A DNA stretch of 64,000 bases. It comes from Phoronis australis. Taxonomy: Eukaryota; Animalia; Phoronida. The notes beneath the pieces are model-generated. The model searched no databases and had not been told where the DNA came from. It saw only the letters and a list, made by a program, of their open reading frames with translations. The number at the start of each line of letters is the position of its first letter. Positions within the stretch are counted from its first letter, which is position 1. Where the stretch lies: NCBI GenBank assembly GCA_002633005.1, contig NMRA01000009.1, positions 163,138-227,137 of the forward strand. Reading direction: 5' to 3'. A program made the translations under genes and the position numbers. Shown here piece after piece: positions 1 to 11,800 of the stretch.

Positions 1-464
1 CACATTTTATCACACTAAGCTTCGACCGGGAAACTATCGTCTGCTAAAGTAGGTTACCACAACTAGTAACTGAGTATAATGCTCAAGTCAAAGGATCCCG
101 ACGACACGATACCTGCATTCAAATTGGAGATCAATGATTTACAAGTGAGAGAAAATGAGAGAAAATTTTCACTGAATTAAAATATCGTTTTTATGGAAAT
201 TATGCGTCTTATTTTACATAGCATATAAATGTCGGTACAATGCACTTTGTTGAACAAGCGATTGTTGCAAGTGCTCATTTAAATATTCTATTTTCACGTT
301 CGATGATGTCAGCTGCTGAGTGGTGTAGTGGTAAAGTCGACGACTTGAAACTCTAAAAAGGCTGGGTTCAAAACCAGCCTCGGTTTCCCGCCAAAATGTT
401 ATCTCACTCCGTTAGATAACTAAATGGGTTGTATTGGCCATTCGAGGCTGATATTGTGGTATAA
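1..464 (+). mobile_element. Right part of a dispersed repeat (second copy at 31696-32569), Crypton-like non-autonomous element with a tRNA-like segment
   Basis: Colinear high similarity to 32100-32569, ending at the same tgtggtataa terminus. Confidence 0.8.
315..385 (+). pseudogene. tRNA-derived segment (Pol III A/B boxes), not a functional tRNA
   Basis: A box TGGTGTAGTGG (321-331), B box GGTTCAAAACC (365-375), acceptor-like ends GCTGAG/CTCGGT; anticodon and T stems poorly paired. Confidence 0.65.
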
Positions 465-1157
465 AGTACATGAACAAGATGACGTTGCTTTGAAAGAATA
501 AATATGCCCGTGAAGAAACTTGCTCACGGTAGGAAGATTCTCCAATTCAAACAAAAGGCGCCCGCTAAAATTTTTTGTCCAATAGGCCTTCAAAGCACAA
601 GGCACTTCACACAATCACAAGACTGAAGATTTTATGCAATTATGTGAATAGCTACGCAGAAACGAAAGCTTTAAATTCACCAAATCAGTGCAAACCAGCA
701 GCCAGGGTCTGGTGCTTTTCATTTGATAAATTGAGGTTTGTGTATGTAAGCATACCTGTGCGACAGCACATACAAAATTTGAGTTTTAAGAGTTTCCTTT
801 CCAATATCTGTAAGAGTTTCCATTCCAATGTCTTAAAGCTTTGACTTTAATTAGAGCAATGTCTAGACTCCTCATTTCACAAGTTGTTCTTTTGGAAACA
901 AGGTCTGGGTCAAAAGTAAAGAAATTGTGGCAAGATGTCATTATTTTTTTAATTTTAGTCTTGAAGGAGACCATTAAAATATTCCAAGTTTACCAATGAC
1001 TTGACAATAGAGGCATCATCAGACTGCTGTTATATGTTGAGTTGACACAGTGATACATTGTCCAATAAATGGATGTTCACACTTGAACTACAGATGCAAA
1101 TTGGGACTCACGTGGTCTCAATGGGAATACATGCCATTTTATACGACTAGAAATTTC

Positions 1158-1335
1158 TCAAAAAACGGACAATCACCGCACAAATGAAAAAGGTCATATG
1201 AATTCAACGTTTCGTCTATTCATTAGATATCATCACGACACAAACAATCAGACATGATGATGAAGTCTAATGAACAGGCGAAACGTTGAATTAATATGAA
1301 CTTTTTCATTTGTGCTGCGATTGTACATTTTTTGA
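1158..1335. mobile_element. Imperfect palindrome, probable inverted Penelope-like terminal remnant
   Basis: ~75-bp inverted arms, each containing TGATGA-N-GAAACGTTG. Confidence 0.55.
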
Positions 1336-1539
1336 TTCTATTATGGCCAAAAACTGATGTAATTAGACATTTCTCATATCACATGCAATTGCTGTTTCTT
1401 CTTGCAGCACTTATAAAGTCAACTACTACATGCATACATTGTGGTCGGCAATACAGCCCCATCGTTTTTTTTCCAATGGAGGTTTTTGGCCTGAAATTCA
1501 CTAATTCACTTGGGGGTAATAAATGTTTTCGAAAAAGCC

Positions 1540-2200
1540 TCAAGGAACTTCAGAGAAAAAGAGGAAAACGGAAAAAAATGAAATTGCCACTACTGGGCAC
1601 AGCATTCAGCTGATACGTCTGAAAATCATCGTCATCCGTTGTAAACTTCATATAAATACACTTGTTAAATTTAATAAAGATCCTGCAGTGGGTTTAGGAG
1701 ATGCAGCTATCGGTGCAAAAAAAAACAAAACTACCAGTAGGAGGCGCTACAGTACTCGACGTCATCGCAAAGTCATTGCCAACCGTCCTCTTCAAACTAA
1801 AAACATATGTGCCAATTTTCACAATCCTCCTTGGAGTGGTTTGGTTGATAGAGAAGTGAACATCAAAACACAGACTTGAAAACAGTAAAAATGGCCACTG
1901 GGTGGCGCAAAATATCTCGAATCCATCCAAAAACGGGATAGCAACGTCTCACAAATTGATGCCTATGTACCAAATTTCATGAAAATCCGTTGAGGACCTT
2001 TGAAACGTAAAAAACTAAAATTGCCACTAGGGGACACACCCGTAGTCCGATCCGTCCGAAATTCGTCGTCGTTAGTTACACGCTTCATAGGAACATATCT
2101 AATAAATCTCATCAAGATCCTGTGAGGGGTTTAGGAGATACAGCTATGGACTCCGGACACCCAGACAGAGATGACGCCAATATGCACCCACATATGTGAT
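1540..2200 (-). mobile_element. Truncated Helentron-associated non-autonomous element (HINE family A)
   Basis: Shares core motifs (aaattgccactagggg, aaaatggccact.ggtggcgc) and the 5' head with 10378-12093 and 19541-22025. Confidence 0.75.
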
Positions 2201-2776
2201 ACACAGGGAATACCAATTAAAAATAGGTCAGTCTCGTGACACAGCAATGACCATTTCCTGTCACCACATCTCACATTAGCTGTTGGTTTTGGTTCTTCCA
2301 TTAAATTAGACAAAACTTTCTAAACAAGCAGCAGCAGAATGATAACTATTTTAAATTTGGTTGAAAAAGTTATGTGCCCAAAGCACACAAAGGACTTGAA
2401 AATGAGTGACCACTAACAAGTTAAATGGAGGGACAGGTAATATCAGTATAGTTAATAAATTATTGGTCATAAAGCAATGACGACTTTCAAAGTCTATTTT
2501 ATCCATCTAATTGTGTAGTTGGGTGGTAATGGCTCAGAGTGCTTCAGAGAGCGTTTCAACTATTTTGTACGGTCACCTTTTTGTTGTCGAAATAACACAG
2601 CACCAATGATGCAAAAGCACATTCAAATCCGCAGTCTGACTTTGTAAGACAGAGTTTGCCAATAACATGGTGTCCAACATCCTAACATAACCCAGAGTTA
2701 ATGTCATGTCGGTTCTAGGTTTGAACGTGTTATCATTGGATATTTTGTGTAATGCAATAAATATACACAATCTCAC

Positions 2777-2863
2777 CTGATCCTCTGACTGATGTGAGTC
2801 ATCAAGACCCAATAGTTCTTCTCGACTTCTCATCTCATCACTAAATGCTATTCGGGATTTCTT
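2777..2863 (-). CDS. VTI1A: VTI1A coding exon 4
   Basis: ttttacag acceptor; KKSRIAFSDEMRSREELLGLDDSHQSEDQ; GTGAGA donor. Confidence 0.9.
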
Positions 2864-5800
2864 CTGTAAAATGAGACAATAAAGCATTTTATAGTGAACA
2901 TACAGACTACATCAACAACAATAAATGAAAAACATAAGCAGCAACCTGATGTTTCTATGTTGTTTTAAGAAGTCATCAGTTGACCACATGTATGATCACG
3001 TGCCACCATTCACAACAATATTTTCCCAAACTGCACGAGGAGAAACACTGCGAAGAGATGTTGAGCACATGTATGATCACGTCCCATCACTCAAAACACA
3101 TGTATGATCACATCCCATTATTCACAGCACATGTACGATCACATCCCATCATTCACAACACATGTACGATCACATCCCATCATTCACAACACATGTATGA
3201 TCACATCCCATCATTCACAACACATGTATGATCACATCCCATCATTCACAACACATGTATGATCACATCCCATTATTCACAGCACATGTACGATCACATC
3301 CCATCATTCACAACACATGTACGATCACATCCCATCATTCACAACACATGTGTGATCACATCCCATCATTCACAACACATGTACGATCACGTCCCATCAC
3401 TCACAACACATGCATGATCACATCCCATCATTCACACTATTCTCCCAAAATATACAAAGGTAAACACTGCGATGAGATGATGTAATAACACTTCTCACTG
3501 GTTAACCAAACTTAGTAACATTCGGACATTCCCACTGGTTGGAAAATACCATTTGGACACTCCAAACAGAATAAGTATACTATTCCATCTAAATAGAAAT
3601 ACGCTTGGCGCTGCAGAAAATGAGACTATATCAATGCATTCTACACAAGTTATTTTTTGACTATCGTATTCGCCTTACTAAGCGCCCGGGGCACTTAGAA
3701 AAGTTCGCTTCAGGAAGGGGGGCGCTTACTATAGCCCAAAAGTGGTTGAAACTTGGTCTCCGAAATGGGTGAAATCGTAAGCTAGAATTCATCAAAGTTA
3801 CACTCTGTGATGCATCTGTAACCAATGACAGAGTTTCTACAAAATTGCAGTACATTACTATCAAACTTTGTTGTTAAATTACAAGCATTTTTCAGAAAAT
3901 CCCACTGTCAAAAAATTGCCGGCTGATGCGTCGCTGCCTCGCGATCGCGGATAGGTCAACTTGAATTCTTGGGTAAAAATATAGTTTTGACTCGACAAAT
4001 TACTTGAGGTCCACCTTAAGTTTTCAAAATAGCGTTCCTAAGATTTCTAAGTTCCTGTGGAGTCGGGATTAACAGCATATTAAGTCCAAATCTGCACTAG
4101 ATCGTACTCCGCAACAGAGAAAAATCTCTGGACGAACACACAAGTTGTTGTCATGTGATGTTTGTTTTGAAGTTCGTCTGCGTATTGTGTGAGTGAGCGA
4201 GCCCGTGCGTGTCATCCGATGGGAGTTCATTTGCCAGTAACGATCTAGGTGTTCGTAACTAAGGTAATTAAAGCAGAACATGTTTTATTTAGCACTTGTT
4301 GATCAAAAAAAACGTTCGAGAATTGTTTTGATAAGGCCGATGTCATTGAGTCGCCAGGTGACTGGTTGCGTGACAGTCTTAACAGTTATTTTTCTGGAGA
4401 TTCCGGGGTCTAAGGGTGCGGAAGTGTTCACTATAGTGCGTCATTTTGCCTTTAACAACACCAATTACGACTAATTTAATAATTCCCCCTAAAAATAACG
4501 CAAATGTTTTTTACTGTATTAGAAACTCTTGGAAATAATGCCCAGTATTTATTTTTTGCTGTTGCTAAGCTACCCGTTTCATGAATAGATAATTCCCGAA
4601 GACTAATCTACAATGACAGGTACTTGTCAGTTGTGCGCGCTTCGTGGCCAGATGTTTTTAACTGAACAAAGTTCAAGTTTTTATTAGTCTTCGATTTGTG
4701 CTTGCATTCTTTTTGAAGCCCGGTGGAAGTTAGAAGTGTATAGTCACGGCTAAATATGGATATAGCGGCGAGGCTGGTGGTCTACAAATTCCGCGCACAA
4801 TGATTTTTTCAGGACTGTCTGTTCTTATTGATAAATTGAAGACATTACTATAGAATTTTAGAACTGTAGGAAAGGCATTTTTCGCATGTACTAAGCGTTC
4901 ATGGACTGGGCGCTTATTTTAGCAAAGTCTGAAAACGCATGGGGGGCGCTTATAGGGGCATGGGTGCTTATTAGAGCGAAGGTGGTAATACAAGATAATG
5001 AGGCATTAAATAAAACAGCAAAATGAATAACTGTACATTTCCTGCTCATTCTTGGCCCAATTGTTCCTGACATTATGTCCAAACTGAGGCATGCACACAG
5101 ATAGCCATGCCTGTCATTCATTATCCCTTAGTAGGGTTACTCTCCTTCAGAGGTGATACTGTGATAGAGAGTATTCATTCTCTGGAACCAAGGAAGCAGG
5201 ATGTTGTATACTTTCAGCAGTTTCATTCCCTACAGCCCACTCAGGTTCAAAGGTTGTGCTTTTGTGCAGAGCCCAGTTTTCAAAGCAAAACATCACACAT
5301 CGTGCCAGTTGAATAACTCAGTATTGTCAAAAGCAATAGTGTCCACAGCGTTCGCAACATGACGCAGGACAATCCTCAGCTCCTTAAAACAAGTCACAGG
5401 CAGAGATGAAAGTCCACCCACGAAAAGGGCAAAACATCACTCGTGTGAGCAGAAGACAAAGGAATTTTAATTAGAATTTGTTTAACTGCAATTACCAAGT
5501 CTTTTTCTAAGTTAGCTAGTTCATTGCGGTAACTCTTTAATCTTGTGAAGTATTTCTGTCTGTCAGTGGCAGGAACCTCTCTGGCTTCCAGCTCCATCTG
5601 TTCCAGCTGTAAAATAGTGTTACACAATTATAACAACACGCGACTACTTTGGTAATATCAAATAATAGGGCCTTCCCAGATTACACAGCGATAAAACTTT
5701 CCTTTGTCCTGGAGGTAAGAAAGTGATGTTTTCATTGGAATGCAAGGAACATTCTCAAGAGCCATGTTGGAAACCAGAGGTGTATGGCCGAGGAAATATT

Positions 5801-8800
5801 CCCGATTGCAACCGTTTATTATAATTACCGAAATTGAAAAGGTATCTTCAAGAAAAAGGATTCTGTTCCCTTCAAAATTAACCTGACCAACTTGTTTTAT
5901 CCACTTGCTCCACATTTTCTTGTCTTTAATTGATGTCGAGAATGCAACACACTTAACATCACAGACCCATGGATTTGTCAAGCTTATCCAACTTTCACCA
6001 TACAAGTTGCAGCCCACAACACAGCAGCAATACTTTTTTGGCATTGGAAGGACAGAGTAATGCAACGGAGAAAAACTTTTAAAGAATATGACAACAAAGA
6101 ACATGTGGAACACCAATGGTGCAAAAATGAGGCTACAACAATGCTCGACAGACAGTGTGGCATTGTGGGTAAATACAGTGTCGCTGTGTAATCTGGAATG
6201 GTCCTACTGCGACACTGGACTGTTTGACAATGTATCTTGTCTACATATTTGATTTGAGTATATTAAAGGTATAATGAACTCACTTGCTGTCAAAAACCTT
6301 TGATTTACTCCACTCATTATACACTTGAGCCCAGTTTGTTCTTCGTTCACATCAGAAGTGATTTCTTGGAAAGAACTGCTGATTCATTTTAATATTGTTT
6401 TAGAACAGTTTCACAAAGTTGGCTTACAACCTGCCTGGTCATTGTTTGTGTTGATAGCGTTGTGGACAATGTAACAAGTAGTGTAGTATTCCATCTGGTG
6501 TGAATAGTTCACACTCGAGTCTACGGCCCAGACATACTGCTGTTGGCCCTTATAATGACTTGCAACTTATTGAGTCTGAACTTAAGCATTAATAAAAAAA
6601 ACAGTTTTGATTCCCAAGTTCACGACTCATTTCTAATCTGAGGAAGTGATATCACTTTCATAACACTGTGTGGTCTAAATTAAAAGTAATTTTTTCACAG
6701 GAGCTGAAGACCTCCTGACATTTTTGTATGAATTCAATTGAGAATCTCAATAGAAATGAAGGTTGTGGGCTTTTCAATCAAACTTGAATTGGCCAAATGC
6801 ATGTGAGACTTTTACTTTTCTCTTAATCAAACATGCCTTCTCCTTGTCCGATTCACTGGCCTAATTTGGCAGGACACATTGGCATCCAGTCCAGTACAGA
6901 GACACCTCATCTTGTGAAAATAAAACAGTCAGGTTATGGGTTCTTCCAGGTGCCCACTAGAATTCATTGGAATCCTCTTACAAATATAGCCAGCTTCACA
7001 ATCCCGTTTGCGCAAGCATTGATCTTGCAGTTATATTACTCATAGTTATCAGAGCTGGCAACTGGCGAACCAAATCATTAATAATACGATGGTATTGTAT
7101 TTTGATCTCCAGTTTCATTCTCTGCATACTGGGGAAATTGTTCAGAAATTCTGGTTGTCAGACTCAGTGTAGTGATAGGGTATAGTGCCCCCTTACTTAG
7201 AGAAGAGATGAAGTTATTTACCGGCAAATAATTATTTCGGAGCATGTGCCCACATATTATCAGAGAGTAGATACAATGAGTGTAGTACTCGTACACTCCT
7301 TGGTAGATACAAGGAGTGTAGTACTCGTGCACTCCCTGGTAGATACAAGGAGTGTAGTACTCGTGGACTCCCTGGTAGATACAAGGAGTGTAGTACTCGT
7401 GCACTCCCTGGTAGGTACAAGGAGTGTAGTACTCGTGCACTCCCTGGTAGCTACAAGGAGTGCAGTACTCGTGCACTCCCTGGTAGACACAAGGAGTGTA
7501 GTACTCGTGCACTCCCTGGTAGACACAAGGAGTGTAGTACTCGTGCACTCCCTGGTAGACACAAGGAGTGTAGTACTCGTGCACTCCTTGGTAGATACAA
7601 GGAGTGTAGTACTCGTACACTCCTTGGTAGATACAAGGAGTGTAGTACTAGTACACTCCTTGGTAGATACAAGGAGTGTAGTACTCGTGCACTCCTTGGT
7701 AGATACAAGGAGTGTAGTACTCGTACACTCCTTGGTAGATACAAGGAGTGCAGTACTCGTGCACTCCCTGGTAGATACAAGGAGTGTAGTACTCGTACAC
7801 TCCTTGGTAGATACAAGGAGTGTAGTACTAGTACACTCCTTGGTAGATACAAGGAGTGTAGTACTCGTGCACTCCCTGGTAGATACAAGGAGTGTAGTAC
7901 TCGTACACTCCTTGGTAGATACAAGGAGTGTAGTACTCGTACACTCCTTGGTAGATACAAGGAGTGTAGTACTAGTACACTCCTTGGTAGATACAAGGAG
8001 TGTAGTACTAGTACACTCCTTGGTAGATACAAGGAGTGTAGTACTCGTGCACTCCCTGGTAGATACAAGGAGTGTAGTACTAGTACACTCCTTGGTAGAT
8101 ACAAGGAGTGTAGTACTAGTACACTCCTTGGTAGATACAAGGAGTGTAGTACTTGTGCACTCCTTGGTAGATACAAGGAGTGTAGTACTAGTACACTCCT
8201 TGGTAGATACTACTGAAGGCTGGGATAGTTTGCTTTGCTTGTATTTCAAAATGGCAAATTTTTTTACATTTTTTCCGAATCCCAAAACATGTCAAAGAGA
8301 ATAATAACTTTATCATGCACATTACCGAAAAGCACTTTGGTCGACATTTATCTCTAAAAGTACATTCTAGGGTTAAAGTTTCATGCTTCTTTCAAAATCA
8401 GCTGAGTGAAATAAAAGTTCTAAAGTTAGGTTACTAAAAATAAGCAAACCAATTGAAATTTTTGTTAAACCTATTAAAAAGATTGAAGGTAGTTTATAAT
8501 AGAACTCAACACTTTTAGACAATGAAAGTACAAACTAGCTAAACAGTGGTTACAACTGCATAATTTGTACAAAGATAACAAACCACTTACAACTTCTTTA
8601 GCTTCCTCAATCTCACGCTCCACATGATTGATAGCGCTGCTTTTGTCATCTGAAACAAATTTCACATCATTGGTAGATGCAAACAGAAAATTGTTAAGAA
8701 AAAACATGATACATTTCTGATTATATACAAAGCACTAATATTGTTGATTAATTTTTATGAACCACATTAAACAAACAATCATTCTCAACAAAATAACTCT

Positions 8801-11800
8801 CAACTTGAACAGGATTAAGGGACATTAGTGGGAAAATACTGATTTCCTGAGATCACCTACAGTGCAGAATCCAACCTTGAACCACCGCAGTCTCTGTCTA
8901 ACACTCTACTGGCAGCGCTAAATCCCACTCAATAAATGGCAGAGTATTTAAAGCCTAGTTACACATCTGGTAAAATAACTGTCACTGAATGGCTGGCAAA
9001 CAACAGAAGGGATGTTTAAAGAAAAAGTTTGATTACAGGAGTATTTGTTGGAGTTGGAAGGAATCAAAGACATCAACGGCCTCCAAGGTGTCTCTCTAAG
9101 CGCAAAAGGTATTTGTAACAATGTGACTTTGATGTTTCAATTAATGCGAGGCATAATTCGCGGAAAAGCTTCCAGAGTAGGAAGCTCATGTGAGAGCTTC
9201 ACTGTCTCTACTGGGGCGAGCTAGAGACAGTGGTGACAGTCTAGTGTGCCAGCTGGAGATGTCACTGTCTAGTGTGCCAGCTAGAGACAGTGGTCACTGT
9301 CTAGTGTGCAAGCTAGAGACAGTGGTCACTGTCTAGTGTGCCAGTTAGAGACAGTGGTCACTGTCTAGTGTGCCAGCTGGAGACAGTGGTCACTGTCTAG
9401 TGTGCCAGCTAGAGACAGTGGTCACTGTCTAGTGTGCCAGCTAGAGAGAGTAGTCACTGTCTAGTCTGCCAGCTAGAGACAGTGGTCACTGTCTAGTGTG
9501 CCAGCTAGAGACAGTGGTCACTGTCTAGTGTGCCACCTAGAGACAGTGGTCACTGTCTAGTGTGCCAGCTAGAGACAGTGGACACTATCTAGTGTGCCAG
9601 TTAGAGACAGTGGTCACTGTCTAGTGTGCCAGCTGGAGACAGTGGTCACTGTCTAGTGTGCCAGCTGGAGACAGTGGTCACTGTCTAGTCTGCCAGCTAG
9701 CTGTATGAAGACAAAAGCCAAAATACAGTTAGGTACCACTGTGTGTTTAGGGCAGACAGACCTAAAATTGCGCACAGCCAGGGTAGTTCTGCTTGTCATC
9801 TCGCCATGAAACTTGTATCAACATGTAGAGCTAAAGCCCGGATGGGGTGCATGAAAATTCTGTGAATCAACCGACACTCACCTTGCCTGTTACAGCCGTT
9901 GAATTGAAAACACTCTAATAAACATCGTTTTCTTGCGTAATTCTCTGCCTTTAGTAACAAAGAAAAGTATGTCATCTGTTTGAAAACAGTACACTCGTGA
10001 CAGCCACATGCGCTATTTCCTAAATTTTTGTGATATCTCTTGGGAGATGATGATAGCTTGGCAGCAGCCAAATTTCTTCTGAAATTCGGTTTGCTGGTAT
10101 CAAAAATCTAAAAACTTATAATGAAATGAAAGCAGTTCCGATAATTTGCTGTGATATGTACGCAACTTTGAGAAAGAACAACAGTTGGTTGAAGAATCGG
10201 CGAAAAAAGAAACTCGCCAACAGGTGACGCAATATTTCATGGCACTGAAAGCTGATGCATAATAACAGTAGCAAGGCTCGCGGTAGCTGCTCACCATTGA
10301 TGAATTCTGAGCGGCACTGGCGATGGTATAGCTAAGTCCTTTCGCCAAGTTGGCGAATGCTTTCGCAACTTGACAATACAAGAGCAACGCCGAGCATTGA
10401 AATGCGCCCACAAATGCATCTCAAATGGTGTGCTTTTAGGGTCGTTTATTCAGGTCATAAAAATGGCCACTAGATGGTGCAAAAACGTACAATCCATCCG
10501 AAAACGGGAACATGTCATTGCTTCTTTAATAGAAAGCTATACGCTAAATTTCATAGAAATCTGTCACAGAACTTCAGAGAAACAAATAAAAACAGAATAA
10601 AATGAAATTGCCACTAGGGGGCACACTGTTTATTGGATAAGCCTGAGTCATCATTTTCTATTGTTAGGTTCAGATAAATAAACTTAATAATTAATTTTAA
10701 TAAAAATCCTGTAGTGGGTTTAAGAAATACAGCTATGGGCGCAAAACAAAACAAAACAAAACTACCACAAGGAGGCGCCACAGTAGTCAAAAGTTTTCAT
10801 CGTCAACCGTCCTCTTCACACTGAGAACATATATGTCAATTTTCAAAACCATCCTAAGAATGATTTGGGGTAGACGCCAAAAAAACAGACTCGAAAACAG
10901 CAAAACTGACCACTAGGTGGCGCAAAATACCTTGATTCCATCCGAAAACGGGTCATCTCACCAATAGATGCCCGTATTCAAAATTTTATGAAAATCCATT
11001 GATGACCTTTGAAGATACAGAGGTAAACGTAAAACTAAAATTGCCAACAGGGGGCACACCGGTAGTCATATCCATCCGAAAATCGTCATCATCCGTTGTC
11101 AACATCATATAAACACACCTATTAAATTTAATAAAGATCCTGCTAATGGTTTAAGAGACATACCTACGGGCGCAAAAAACGACACTGCCAATAGAAGGCG
11201 CCACAGTTATCAAAGTCATCAGAAAATCATCGCCACCCGTCCACTTGATAGTAAAAAACATACATGCCAATTTTCACAATTATCCTGAAAGCGGTTTGGT
11301 TGATAGAGGGGTGGGATCATAAACAGTAAATATGGCCACTAGGTGGCACAAACTAGGTCGAATCCATCTGAAAACAGAGAGATAGCGCCACCTCACTAAC
11401 AAAAGCCTGTACACCAATTTTTATGAAAATACGCTGAGGACCTTTGAAGATACAGAGATAAACGTAAAAAAATAAATTGCGACTAGGTGGCACACTTGTA
11501 GTCAGATCCGTCCAAAAGTCATCGTCGTCTGTTGTCATCATCGCATAAATGCACTTACTAAATTTAATAAACATCCTGCAAACGGTTTGGTAGATATAGC
11601 CATAGGTGAAAAAAAACTGCCACAAGGAGGCGTCACAGTAGTCGAAGTCATCGTAAAATCATCGTCAACCGTCCTCTTAATAGTAAGAGCATACATGCCA
11701 ATTTTGACAATCATGCTTAGAGCGGTTTGGTTGATGGAAGGGTGGACAGTAAAAATAGCCACTAGGTGGCGCAAACTACGTCGAATCCATCCGAAAACGG

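Noticed and set aside
7267-8210. CRISPR-like array of 36-bp palindromic repeats
   Set aside because: Units are contiguous with no unique spacers, there are no cas genes, and the context is a eukaryotic intron
7078-8304. Long ORFs of 180-352 aa on both strands
   Set aside because: Translations of a 36-bp intronic minisatellite; no splice or domain support
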